A stretch of DNA of 64,000 nt, taken from IMG/VR virus record IMGVR_UViG_3300032038_000003, positions 64,001 to 128,000 of that record. One strand, written 5' to 3'. Every line of letters begins with the position of its first letter. The first letter of the stretch is position 1. Position numbers and translations under genes: made by a program. Source of the DNA: a virus (taxonomy: Duplodnaviria > Caudoviricetes). A model generated the notes under the pieces. The model searched no databases. It saw only the letters and a program-made list of their open reading frames with translations, and was not told the DNA's origin. This document shows, piece by piece, positions 55,501 through 64,000 of this stretch.

Positions 55501-58500
55501 TCTGAGAATAATTCGATATAATAATGGTCGTATGGATATCTTGTTAATGGTTTAGTAAGTTCAAAGTGTTGTAATGTAGTCTTATTATCAAACAGTTCAA
55601 TAGGTTTGCTTGTGACTGTTTGCAGAAGTTCATTATATACGACATCCTTATATGTAAGGCTATCAGAACTAAACGTTACATAATCGCCGTTAACATTAGT
55701 AATACTATCTTTTTCAGACGATGGATGCTCCCATTTGTAAGCAACTAAAGCTGTATCTGGATAAAATTCAGTAATCATGATATAGATTTTAATATTTTTA
55801 GCATCTATTGTAGTAGGAAGATTAAATTCTGGTGTTACTACTCGTAAATCTTTTTTACCAGATTTATTGCTTTCTCTATATCTACCGTTTACATTTCCAT
55901 AAAAACTATCCATACCAGGATTAGGCTTTTCGTCATAGTATGGTCTTGTTTCATAATGAGGTTTAGCTTGGAACCAAATGTAATCATCAATATAGTCGTC
56001 TCTAAAGTACGTTTGTCCTTCTATTTCTTGCGATGTCAAATAGAAAGGAGAAAATCTTGTTGCAATTGGATCATCACCAAATGAACCAATATATTGTGTA
56101 TTTGATCCGCTTATTTGATTTTCGTCCTGTATAAAGATATTTTTTGCATAATATATATGTACGAATACGATATTTTTATAAGGACTGAATGGATCACAGT
56201 CTGGTAATAATTCATAATAGTTTGTATAAGCATCTGGATCTTCGTAATTAAATCTATAATTTAAGATTGGAGATGTATAATGCTCGTCGTTATGAGCTAT
56301 AACATCTTGAGCTAATATTTCAATAACTGGATATGTTACGCCTCGAACAAATTTATTAGTATCTACTCCAGGATCAAGAATATTATCATTATCTGTATCT
56401 ATACTAACGTTTGGTGTATCAGCATTATCGTCATGGTTATATGTTGTACCAACTGGTAAAAATAATGTCCAATCACCAGTCTTTTTTAATGTATCGCTGC
56501 CAGTAATATAAATATCTTTATCTTTATCAACGATATCAACAACATGTTTAATAACGTTAGGGTCACCAGTATATGGAATATCATGGAGTCCAGTAGATAT
56601 TCTTGTCTTTCTATTCCACAAATATCCTTTGTAATCACCGCTAGGAGAAATTAATATTTCAGTCTGATGATCTCTTGGGTCATTATGACTAGGTTCGTTA
56701 TTAGAAGCATTTAATTCAAATGATCCAATACGTTCGCCGTCATATATAATTGCATCTGTATAACCAGATAACCATACATATTTGTCTTCTCCAACAGCAT
56801 AAATATCATCACCAAAAGCAGATGTGTCTAATTTATTAATGTCCGCATAGACATTAATAGATCCAACATATCCGTCTTCCAGTCCGTCATCTGAAAAGTC
56901 TACATCTGGAACTTTATCTTCGTCGGCGTATTTATATGTATCTTTAATGATAAGACCACGGATAATGTAATTACCCTGTTTCTGTTTCTTTTCTTCGTCA
57001 GTATATGCTTCAACAAGTTGATTATATCCTTGTTGCCAGACAGTTGTATTCTTAACTTCTTCAAGAATCATTTCTTGAATACTACGACTATCTACTTGAA
57101 TCGCTTCTTGTCTGATAACAGCGTCTTGATCAAAATTTCTATCGACTATAATAGAGTCCGAAGGAATAATAGCACGTTGTTCATTACGAGCATATACAAT
57201 TGGAGTAACGGTATCATTAAGCGTAATTGTCCATGGATCTTCATCTTTAGGTGGGAAGTATACTCTTGCCCATTTACATTCATCAATATCCCAGTCTGCG
57301 GTAAGATTGATTTCTTCTCCAGTATCTTCCCAGCCTTCGAATTCCCATCCGTCTGGCTCTTCGTGATATGGTTCATCTGTACGGTTACCATCTGGATCAA
57401 GATAGTAATCTTCTCCAGCTATTGTTTCTTGAAGTTTATCTAAAAACTTTTTAAAGGCAGCACTTAAAGAAGCACCATCAGTCCAAGATGATACTTCATT
57501 ACCAACATATCCAGCAATAAGGCTCATATAATCAGCTGAGAACGTTTGAGTTGGAGAACCACTGGAAATACCTTCATTAATCTTATATACACACGCTAAA
57601 ATATAATCACATGCAGCTTTAATAGAATCACCTTTTTCCTGTATATAATTCGCAACACCAAAATTACTATCAGCAGTGAAATTATATCCAGCCAAAGAAC
57701 CATTAGTTGTATTAGCTCCACCGTCTGAGAAGAAGAAGACAGCAGAATGTTCTTGAACAAGATAATTCTGTGCAAGATCCAAACCACAACCCCATTCTGT
57801 ACAAGTTAATGCTCTATAGTCTAACTCAGGTACACATGAGGATTTAAAAGTCTCAGCATCAACATTTGTAGGTCCAACAGTCCATGCTTGTTCATCAAAC
57901 GCAATTAACGTATAGTCAATTACACCAGCACCTTTTGCAGCCTCAATTAAATCAACAAAATTATTGATTTCGTTTCTAACGTAAGGAACACCTTCCATAC
58001 CAAGAGCAGAAATCATACCAGGTGTTTCATATTTACCTTCTTGTGATGATTTAGTAACGTCAACAACAAAAACAATTGAAACTGGACTAAATTTTAACTC
58101 TGGTTCAATATGTACTGGTGTATTAGGAACTTTCTTTGTTTTCTTTTTCCATTTAGGATGTTCAAGAGGACATGTAATATCTTCGCTGTCATCTTTCTTT
58201 TTCTTAACTAAGACATCTGCTCTCATACGAGCACATACAGTAACTGGTTGAGAAGCGTACATATAATCTTTAATAGAAATGTTTTCTCTTGGATAAACAT
58301 CTATATCAAAAGTTACTTCGCCCTTTTGTTCTTCTACTGTCTCTATTGATTCGAGACATACTTTATAGTTGAATCCAACGGAGTCATAACGTTTCTCTCT
58401 TTGAGTACGAGAACCTCTTAATTGGATATAAGCCTTGAATTTCTGATAAAAATCAGCATCCATCTGCTTATATACTTTTAAATCGTTATAGTCGCCAACA

Positions 58501-59243
58501 CCAGAATGAAAAGCTTCAAGGTTTTCTTGGATAATTTCACGTTCTGAATCGTCAGATGTATAATCATAATTCTTAGGAATTTCGTATTGTTCAAGAGATT
58601 GGTCAATTGGAGCTGTTGCTGTTCTAACTGTTGTTGCATGAGAAGGACCAGATGTTTGTTCGCTGTTATAAGCGATTAAACGTCTGGTATATGTTGTATC
58701 TGATTCAAGACCAGTTTCGGTATAATTATTTCTGCCAATAGGAATTTGAGCAATGATTTTATCTTGTTGGTTTTCATCATCGACATCAATTGCTTCAGAC
58801 ACAAGATAATGAGCTTGTCCATCATCTTCCCATGACCATATAATAGTATTGTTATCGTATGCCTTTCCGATTAACTCTGGAGCCTTTAAAGGATCATATT
58901 TCGGATAAACATAGCAATTGATATTTGGCTCAAGAGAGATTTGATTAGAATCATCACCATCTCCAGGCTCGAAAAATACATCAACTCTATCTGTAAGAGA
59001 ATTGATATTAAATTCGTCAATATCTATATTGTTAATAGTAAGTGCATGAATTCTGCAATACTTATTGATTTCTTTTTTGAACAACGTAAACATCTGTACG
59101 TTTGTAGCTATCTTATGATAGTTATCGTACAGATCAGTATCGGATAATCCATCTATATCAAAACTGAAATCTTTTTGAAAGGTTTCAGTTTCATTATTTG
59201 TAAGATTGATTATTGTAAGAATAATTTCATATGCTATCGTCAT
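52521..59243 (-). CDS. Very large multidomain virion protein (FN3, vWA, lectin/TSP-C-like, Ig-like), 2240 aa
   Basis: FN3 IIWSW...YTETGLESDTTYTRRLIAYN; vWA IVFVVDVTKS...LIAF...FFSDG; DQDIIGFVIGY; C-terminal LDYEGNPV...TDING. Confidence 0.75.
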   Translation of the reverse strand: MTIAYEIILTIINLTNNETETFQKDFSFDIDGLSDTDLYDNYHKIATNVQMFTLFKKEINKYCRIHALTINNIDIDEFNINSLTDRVDVFFEPGDGDDSNQISLEPNINCYVYPKYDPLKAPELIGKAYDNNTIIWSWEDDGQAHYLVSEAIDVDDENQQDKIIAQIPIGRNNYTETGLESDTTYTRRLIAYNSEQTSGPSHATTVRTATAPIDQSLEQYEIPKNYDYTSDDSEREIIQENLEAFHSGVGDYNDLKVYKQMDADFYQKFKAYIQLRGSRTQREKRYDSVGFNYKVCLESIETVEEQKGEVTFDIDVYPRENISIKDYMYASQPVTVCARMRADVLVKKKKDDSEDITCPLEHPKWKKKTKKVPNTPVHIEPELKFSPVSIVFVVDVTKSSQEGKYETPGMISALGMEGVPYVRNEINNFVDLIEAAKGAGVIDYTLIAFDEQAWTVGPTNVDAETFKSSCVPELDYRALTCTEWGCGLDLAQNYLVQEHSAVFFFSDGGANTTNGSLAGYNFTADSNFGVANYIQEKGDSIKAACDYILACVYKINEGISSGSPTQTFSADYMSLIAGYVGNEVSSWTDGASLSAAFKKFLDKLQETIAGEDYYLDPDGNRTDEPYHEEPDGWEFEGWEDTGEEINLTADWDIDECKWARVYFPPKDEDPWTITLNDTVTPIVYARNEQRAIIPSDSIIVDRNFDQDAVIRQEAIQVDSRSIQEMILEEVKNTTVWQQGYNQLVEAYTDEEKKQKQGNYIIRGLIIKDTYKYADEDKVPDVDFSDDGLEDGYVGSINVYADINKLDTSAFGDDIYAVGEDKYVWLSGYTDAIIYDGERIGSFELNASNNEPSHNDPRDHQTEILISPSGDYKGYLWNRKTRISTGLHDIPYTGDPNVIKHVVDIVDKDKDIYITGSDTLKKTGDWTLFLPVGTTYNHDDNADTPNVSIDTDNDNILDPGVDTNKFVRGVTYPVIEILAQDVIAHNDEHYTSPILNYRFNYEDPDAYTNYYELLPDCDPFSPYKNIVFVHIYYAKNIFIQDENQISGSNTQYIGSFGDDPIATRFSPFYLTSQEIEGQTYFRDDYIDDYIWFQAKPHYETRPYYDEKPNPGMDSFYGNVNGRYRESNKSGKKDLRVVTPEFNLPTTIDAKNIKIYIMITEFYPDTALVAYKWEHPSSEKDSITNVNGDYVTFSSDSLTYKDVVYNELLQTVTSKPIELFDNKTTLQHFELTKPLTRYPYDHYYIELFSDNSDVLALNYPSEVAFDENGKAEFGANFKGVVNATTKWSPRIHNGYYYLNQHEYYAYSEFDVEADFEEYNEENFKTINGYMTIDVDLLRKAGDPEHYDIVKNTRSELMQNEKEFVWVNGKGLTIQPKIDGEFYKEYTAHVYTSPVILFPNTLTSAGKLRVDCHFEDGSELPPMQVRSYDIEEGQWSDWKEFANDSVPNVPLSCAYQVQFTIAASVTHHDKTIEDYLCCYLDWVDDGDTQNHTNCVTITDHLQAGPYESDGIFNSKIIDFGCVSTISVDIFASNINKNCELYVATENYNKDKLLLENVTWTRVNGTATLTTRFFRYRIVIPYGEKVYWLHKKLLTKESDVLLPYIEQIQMTGDYVPVDTYDSFQEIQSFEITTDGKSHRIFPSVYDIISGDIKAKGFKDNEIHYVKINSTEHNIHLNYEESTKNEYPSVSSLNTPIFATADFETEISVKYTPYIFANMDPVKTLDVLSITKGTPQQYCPITMEDADGISYREVFDVDPVTMQKTENFEILNADDQHYIKLSRNDFDIKTLTLTLNEEPFESFKIVNNLIIFDINPKINDKIQVKYNILNSFYTEIDYEKDKTQMTIYSDYDSEVAKREEIQNLVPIVDTHTYTECHLGQIYANGFKQAINKNSTISDVNWKYDAGLDAIYYSYNLDEFSIIINNLVPVTSYSMSVIAYSTDADQDIIGFVIGYAKDSGGAYHTLSYLISLADDYTFNRCNTAIVLDYGRDDALVITNKTIEHDGYVNWNDMVNGIKIGVAKNGSQVQCKISEWNNPNVWNDDSTLTVDLTSSDRLDIFTQAVCYGFCVRSQKDTYFVSPELVARVDRTITVEEQIQTLKHKYKVYFETNKTNNKFIATNLSLNPVYRTDYKGFIYLTDEHNEPYTINIYRNPKYIKSGGYDKIDVSIECLDYEGNPVIAKDIDIDCDSGILNFDNTDAKHLTDINGVIHVLYESAVEPCIDVLTARTTASDGKVIEASVEIINE

Positions 59244-59291
59244 CTTAATTCTCCTATCAGAAAGATTTTCTGATATTATTATATAATTATA

Positions 59292-59322
59292 AAGGGCTAA
59301 TTAAAAGTATTAATTAGCCCTT
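59292..59322 (-). terminator. Intergenic hairpin / terminator
   Basis: AAGGGCTAATTAA-5nt-TTAATTAGCCCTT. Confidence 0.65.
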
Positions 59323-59340
59323 GCAATCTTTTGTAGGGAA

Positions 59341-59703
59341 TTAGAATACTTCGAAATCCCATTGAGTATTAACATACATGTCTTCATGAATTTTATAAAA
59401 CTTACCATTCGGATAGCTATCAACAACTTCCTCTACGTAAAGCATTGTGCCTTTTGGAATGATGCCAGCAACGTTATTATTAACATTAGGAACTTTAAGA
59501 TACGGAGTATCTTTTTTGCAATAAAGTTTAGTCATGTTTTCACGTTGTTTAGCTTTCTCTAATGCTTCTTGTGCAGCTTTAGCTTTTAACTCTGCTAATG
59601 GATCTTCGACAGTAGCCTGTTCTTCTACTTTTTTCTCCTCTTTGGTTTCAACTTCTTTTTCTAATACTTCCTCTTGGACAGTATCTTTCTTTGCTCTTGC
59701 CAT
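59341..59703 (-). CDS. Small protein with a charged N-terminus and possible SH3-like C-terminus
   Basis: YLKVPNVNNNVAGIIPKGT...FYKI...YV pattern. Confidence 0.55.
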   Translation of the reverse strand: MARAKKDTVQEEVLEKEVETKEEKKVEEQATVEDPLAELKAKAAQEALEKAKQRENMTKLYCKKDTPYLKVPNVNNNVAGIIPKGTMLYVEEVVDSYPNGKFYKIHEDMYVNTQWDFEVF

Positions 59704-59708
59704 TGGTA

Positions 59709-61166
59709 TTATTCCTCCTTTTCTTTTTCAAGATGTTGTTTTATAAGCATAGCATCTATTGCTCTTCGATATAAACATGTAATGAACCATTCAGTGTCAC
59801 ATCTGGCAGATAGTCCAGTAAGCTTTGGAGCGTATAATTTATATCGACCATAATGACCAGTATCTTTTATACGGTTTAGTATTTTGCCCCAATTGAAATA
59901 TCTATTGCCAGCAATTTGACATGCTTCATCGAAGTCTTCTGTAACGTCAATAACAGAATGCGTATTTGGGTCATAGTAGAGCATTTCAAAATCGTGCTCT
60001 GGATAAACTGTTTCTTCATAACCCATAATAGCAACTTTATCGGAAATAGTCCAGTTATTATATCTGTAACGAACTGTAAACCAATTAGCACCAGTATGAT
60101 GTATAGCGAAATCTAATGGATCTATTTGACAATGATCAAATGGGATCATTTCACGATTATGATTAGGATAATATAAGTAAATTCTAAAATTGCCTGGTAT
60201 GAATTTTTCTCCAACTCTTACAGGTTCGCCTTCATACCATGCATCAAGACGACAATTTGCTGATAGCCATAAAAATGGCACTTTTACTTTACATCTTAAA
60301 TCGTTCCTCATAATTTCGAATAATCCAAGATTAGTATTAGTGATTTGAGGAAAAGTTACAAATTCCCATTCTTCATTTGTTAAGAAGCGTCTTTTTTCTT
60401 CGTATCCATCAAAAGTAATTAACGATACTAAGATTTCACTTTTAGATACCAAATTATTTAGCTGTTTTTCTTGTATTTTGTCAGCTTTACCATCACCATC
60501 AAGATCAATTGCAATGCCAACATAAGTAGCTTCTATGCGAAGCTCCTGTTCTTTACCATAGACTGTAATAGGTGCTGTCCATGTTTGATCAAGAATGGGA
60601 TCATAATATGAAACTTCAATCGTATTAGCATCTACATGTTCTATGGTTTGCGGAGTAATAATATAATTGTCATAAACTTCACTTTCTAAAGTAAATCGTG
60701 CAGTTGTATTATTAGACTTTGTAACTAATACTTGAACGTATTTTCTTGGAATGACATCGTTTACTGCTACTAATTGATTCGAAATATAAGTAGCTTTAAA
60801 GTCTGTAATAAACGGTTCAAATGGAATGATTAAATTATCACAGACATGATAGCAAGTATATTTACTTGGATCAGCCATTTGTGATATATCAATGGTATCG
60901 TCGTATTCGGATACCATATATATATCAATACTAATGCGGCAACGTCCACTAAAATGGAACTCTATACGACCGTCTTTATCAGAATATATCGTATGTCCAT
61001 TATTTAAGTCTGGAACTGTGTCATCATACGTAATATCATAAACAGCGTATACTTGTTTATTGCTGATACGGATATTGTTATCATCATAAGCCAGGATTGT
61101 AGCAATAAATGAATTAAGCTGAGTTTTCCATGTTGATATATCTGGTTGAAGGTAAAATTTACTCAT
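59709..61166 (-). CDS. Structural protein with Ig-like repeats
   Basis: FKATY, IEATYVG and LDAWYEGEPVRVGE repeats similar to the 30202-31971 product. Confidence 0.6.
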   Translation of the reverse strand: MSKFYLQPDISTWKTQLNSFIATILAYDDNNIRISNKQVYAVYDITYDDTVPDLNNGHTIYSDKDGRIEFHFSGRCRISIDIYMVSEYDDTIDISQMADPSKYTCYHVCDNLIIPFEPFITDFKATYISNQLVAVNDVIPRKYVQVLVTKSNNTTARFTLESEVYDNYIITPQTIEHVDANTIEVSYYDPILDQTWTAPITVYGKEQELRIEATYVGIAIDLDGDGKADKIQEKQLNNLVSKSEILVSLITFDGYEEKRRFLTNEEWEFVTFPQITNTNLGLFEIMRNDLRCKVKVPFLWLSANCRLDAWYEGEPVRVGEKFIPGNFRIYLYYPNHNREMIPFDHCQIDPLDFAIHHTGANWFTVRYRYNNWTISDKVAIMGYEETVYPEHDFEMLYYDPNTHSVIDVTEDFDEACQIAGNRYFNWGKILNRIKDTGHYGRYKLYAPKLTGLSARCDTEWFITCLYRRAIDAMLIKQHLEKEKEE

Positions 61167-62281
61167 AATAACTGCCTTCTTTTAAAGTTCTTAAATCCTT
61201 GAATAGAACCGTCATATAAATGTTCGATATATCCAACGCCATTTACATCCTCAGCATTTTGATCCCAGTAATGTTCGTTCCAATGAAAATGATCCCAAAA
61301 GATTGGAGATTCAGATTCAAGAACTTTGATATATTGCTCAATCTTAGGCTTTGGCTTACCTTCTACAGTAAATAATTCATTACGTAATTTAACATCATCT
61401 TCATTCCATAACTGGTGCATCTCAAGACCATATACATAAGTTACTTCTGCATTTGCACTTAAATCTTCTGTTGGTGTTAATAACACACTTCCAGCAGCAG
61501 TAAAATAAATGTGGTCTTGTGGATAATACGATCCGTTAACCTTAATAGAATTTAAAACAATCATAGGATCATTTAATTCTAAGTCACGATCAATATTCTC
61601 CCAGGTTAAGATTCTACGTATTGCAAGTTCACGTCCGATACCATTAATTAAACCGTTTTTAGATGCATTTGCTGGGTTTTTAAATACATCTTGAATACGC
61701 TTTTTATATTCTATATTGGGTTCTTCTGGTAATCTTGGACAAGACATTAATGCACCGAGTTCATCAAGATAATTCCATACTTGATGCGGTATTAATGCAA
61801 CTTCACGAGACCAGTCTTCGTTTTTATATTTGATTTCGATTTTGCCATTATTATGAATAGCATCGGCATTAAATTTTTTACGTACATAAATAATATTACG
61901 TTTATAGTCTACATAATAACATTCGAATGAATGTAATGGTTTGTCTTCAATCATTTGAAGATTAACACCAAAGAATTCTTTAAGATTCTTAGCTTCGTAT
62001 AGACCAGTACCATTAGCAGATACTGTTTCTATGTTATAAGCAGAAAAAGGCATTGGAATAATAGCCTTATAACAAAAATCAATTTGCTTAATATCAACAG
62101 TATCTATATAACATTGATTATAAGCATAATCGATAGTGAATAAGGCATCATCTAATTCCATGCCGAATATATTCAAATAATTTGCACCATTACTATCTTG
62201 TGATTGCTTTCTCATTGAAAACCAATAAGGAAGTTTTTCTAACAAGATACTAGTATGTTCAGCATAAGGAAGTTTTGCCAT
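61163..62281 (-). CDS. Probable baseplate wedge subunit
   Basis: LDELG...RLPEEPNIEYKKRI...ASKNGL motif; next to baseplate J. Confidence 0.6.
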   Translation of the reverse strand: MAKLPYAEHTSILLEKLPYWFSMRKQSQDSNGANYLNIFGMELDDALFTIDYAYNQCYIDTVDIKQIDFCYKAIIPMPFSAYNIETVSANGTGLYEAKNLKEFFGVNLQMIEDKPLHSFECYYVDYKRNIIYVRKKFNADAIHNNGKIEIKYKNEDWSREVALIPHQVWNYLDELGALMSCPRLPEEPNIEYKKRIQDVFKNPANASKNGLINGIGRELAIRRILTWENIDRDLELNDPMIVLNSIKVNGSYYPQDHIYFTAAGSVLLTPTEDLSANAEVTYVYGLEMHQLWNEDDVKLRNELFTVEGKPKPKIEQYIKVLESESPIFWDHFHWNEHYWDQNAEDVNGVGYIEHLYDGSIQGFKNFKRRQLL

Positions 62282-62423
62282 TTACATACCCCCTTGAGAT
62301 AACGTAATAAGCTGTGTCTTTAGAAGCTTCTATTTGTTTTGTAGGCTTAATAATAATTAATGTATTAGGAGCAGTAATACTTCTAAGATAATCATCTAAT
62401 TTTTCTGCCATTATCTTAATCAT
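62259..62423 (-). CDS. 54-aa hypothetical protein (not in ORF track)
   Basis: RBS GAGGT; MIKIMAEKLDDYLRSITAPNTLIIIKPTKQIEASKDTAYYVISRGYVNGKTSLC*. Confidence 0.45.
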   Translation of the reverse strand: MIKIMAEKLDDYLRSITAPNTLIIIKPTKQIEASKDTAYYVISRGYVNGKTSLC

Positions 62424-62436
62424 TAATCATACCTCT

Positions 62437-63255
62437 TTATAAAATTACTACATTATCTACGTCATTAGATAAAGTAAATCTTTCAAACCATCTTGATGTT
62501 TGATTCGTATATAATGCTTTTTCGTTATTGATGTAAAACTCTTTGTTTTGTTCCTGGATGATATATGGACTTACATCCATTATGATCTGAGTCATCTTAT
62601 CTATATTGAACATCTCTCCAATCTTAAGATTAGAAAGATAATCCATAACGACTTGCTGTACTTCGTATTTAATATCTTGTTTGTCGTTATCCGATATATT
62701 ATTGGCAAATGATAATTGCTGTGTAAGTTTAATATAGTTTAAAGTAGGACTTACTACATTATAACGAATACCATATCCATGAACATCTTTAAGACGTTCA
62801 TAGACGTTATCTAAAACATCTTGAGGAGTTACATCTTTATTAGTAAGAACGATTACTGTAAAAGAACCAGCCCCCATTGAATACGGCTGTAATATAACAT
62901 CCTCAACGCCATCAGTTGTAAGAGCTGTTAATCTTACAGCTGTATAATTAGAAGTAGCAAGAGTTAAGCATTGATTGGTAATTCTTGCTCTATAATTATC
63001 ATCAGATTCATTGTCGAGTCTTGTACACTGCAAAAGGCTACCAATAGCATCTAAAGCGTCGTTATCTGCTGTAGTAACGAATGCTCTTAAATGATTGATA
63101 GTCAATGTTGTATATAGATCAGCGATACTTGAATTGATAATATTTAAAAATAATTTTGCAATACTACCAGGACTTGAGTTAAAGCCTATGGCATTAAGAG
63201 CCTTAACACCTTCTTCTGATAGTTCATTAAAGGTTTTTGTATTTAATACGATCAT
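62437..63255 (-). CDS. Baseplate J-like protein
   Basis: PGSIAK, TA...LDAIG, ESDDNYRARI, GVEDV, GAGSFTV, YLSNLKIGE. Confidence 0.85.
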   Translation of the reverse strand: MIVLNTKTFNELSEEGVKALNAIGFNSSPGSIAKLFLNIINSSIADLYTTLTINHLRAFVTTADNDALDAIGSLLQCTRLDNESDDNYRARITNQCLTLATSNYTAVRLTALTTDGVEDVILQPYSMGAGSFTVIVLTNKDVTPQDVLDNVYERLKDVHGYGIRYNVVSPTLNYIKLTQQLSFANNISDNDKQDIKYEVQQVVMDYLSNLKIGEMFNIDKMTQIIMDVSPYIIQEQNKEFYINNEKALYTNQTSRWFERFTLSNDVDNVVIL

Positions 63256-63688
63256 ATTTTGGCTCCCATCCGTACCTAATATTTACTCCTTTAACCATAT
63301 CGATTTCTGCGATTAATTCATAAGAGTAAGTGTCTTCGGTACTAGCATCTTTTATCTTGAAATAAATATTATATGTAATATTTATCATATCAACTATAGT
63401 GGCTTTAATAAAGATTTCTTCTGGATTCCATAATGAATCAAATGTTAACTGCTGCATGATTAGCGTTTTACCAGTTTCAGCAGCTGTTTTGTTACATGGT
63501 TTACCAATAAGAGACTCTAAATTAGCACCAATTTCGTCAATAAACCAGTTTGTACTTACTGATTTAATTCTATTATAGGCTAACTGAAGTCTCAAATCAT
63601 TATCCATTTTTGCTTGAATATCCCATGTACTTTGATTAAGCACAAGTTCACCACCTGTACTTAATCCAAAATCAAATCCTTGAACCAT
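63227..63688 (-). CDS. Baseplate wedge gp25/XkdS-like protein
   Basis: LRLQLAYNRIKS...W...IGANLESLIG; directly upstream of baseplate J. Confidence 0.65.
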   Translation of the reverse strand: MVQGFDFGLSTGGELVLNQSTWDIQAKMDNDLRLQLAYNRIKSVSTNWFIDEIGANLESLIGKPCNKTAAETGKTLIMQQLTFDSLWNPEEIFIKATIVDMINITYNIYFKIKDASTEDTYSYELIAEIDMVKGVNIRYGWEPKYDRIKYKNL

Positions 63689-63705
63689 TTATTCATCCTC
63701 TATAA

Positions 63706-64000
63706 TTAATTATTATTTTTATCTTGTTCCCAAAGATCCATATCAAATTCATATTGAATATCATAATCAATATGAGCTAAGTTAAAGCAACTTTGATCGT
63801 GATCTGAAGAAGCAAAGAAACGTAATTGTATAATGTCATCATTCTTGGTAAACGAATCTGTAATATTCCATTGAGTGGTAGATAAATTATCATTAGTTAA
63901 TTCAAAGTCACCAACAGATAATTTATACGTACCACCATTATAAATGTCTGCTCCAGTGATGCTACCAATACTAATTTCTTTTTTGAGATTTGCTGTATTA
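63706..64000 (-). CDS. 3' end of a structural gene truncated by the window edge
   Basis: Open frame ...NTANLKKEISIGSITG...DLWEQDKNNN* running off the window. Confidence 0.6.
   Translation of the reverse strand, partial: NTANLKKEISIGSITGADIYNGGTYKLSVGDFELTNDNLSTTQWNITDSFTKNDDIIQLRFFASSDHDQSCFNLAHIDYDIQYEFDMDLWEQDKNNN

Noticed and set aside
709-63316. Many 60-150 aa antisense or alternate-frame ORFs in the supplied track
   Set aside because: They lie within well-supported genes, lack RBSs and read as shadow translations
1-64000. tRNA genes, integrase, transposase or a diversity-generating retroelement
   Set aside because: No cloverleaf-like intergenic sequence, recombinase, transposase or reverse transcriptase motif recognised by eye; a tRNAscan/Infernal run is needed to be certain

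Overview
AT-rich (roughly one-third GC by eye), gene-dense segment of a large tailed phage, most likely a myovirus (baseplate J-like and wedge-like genes). The host is probably a Clostridia/Lachnospiraceae-type Firmicute: spoVG, a sigma70-family sigma factor, a GH73 lysin with a Clostridia-type binding module, anaerobic nrdDG, and sigma-A promoters with Firmicute-style RBSs. Standard code 11 fits. Layout: 1-16.6 kb (+) DNA metabolism and accessory genes (C-terminal half of a Rad50/SbcC ATPase, ung, DnaG, Hjc-like nuclease, dnaX, spoVG, ART-like protein, HNH). 16.6-28.7 kb (-) holin, sigma factor, RuvC, nrdG/nrdD/glutaredoxin, DnaB, dUTPase, AEP primase. 28.9-64 kb (-) virion tail/baseplate/fibre module and lysin. 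Most notable observations: (1) a cassette-like array of small, mostly Cys-rich genes at 13994-15815, joined by six copies of a 21-bp repeat that encodes the C-terminal peptide ESE(D/G/V)(K/E)E, the next gene's RBS and an ATGA stop/start overlap. (2) A probable programmed +1 frameshift at CCC-TAG (45665-45670) giving access to a hidden 134-codon start-less frame. (3) A candidate ~80-nt small RNA with its own sigma-A promoter and a C-rich terminator loop (28824-28907). (4) A PD-(D/E)XK-like domain fused to DnaB. (5) Adhesion-type modules inserted into virion proteins between basic and acidic flanking segments. All protein calls come from motif recognition by eye; no database search was run.
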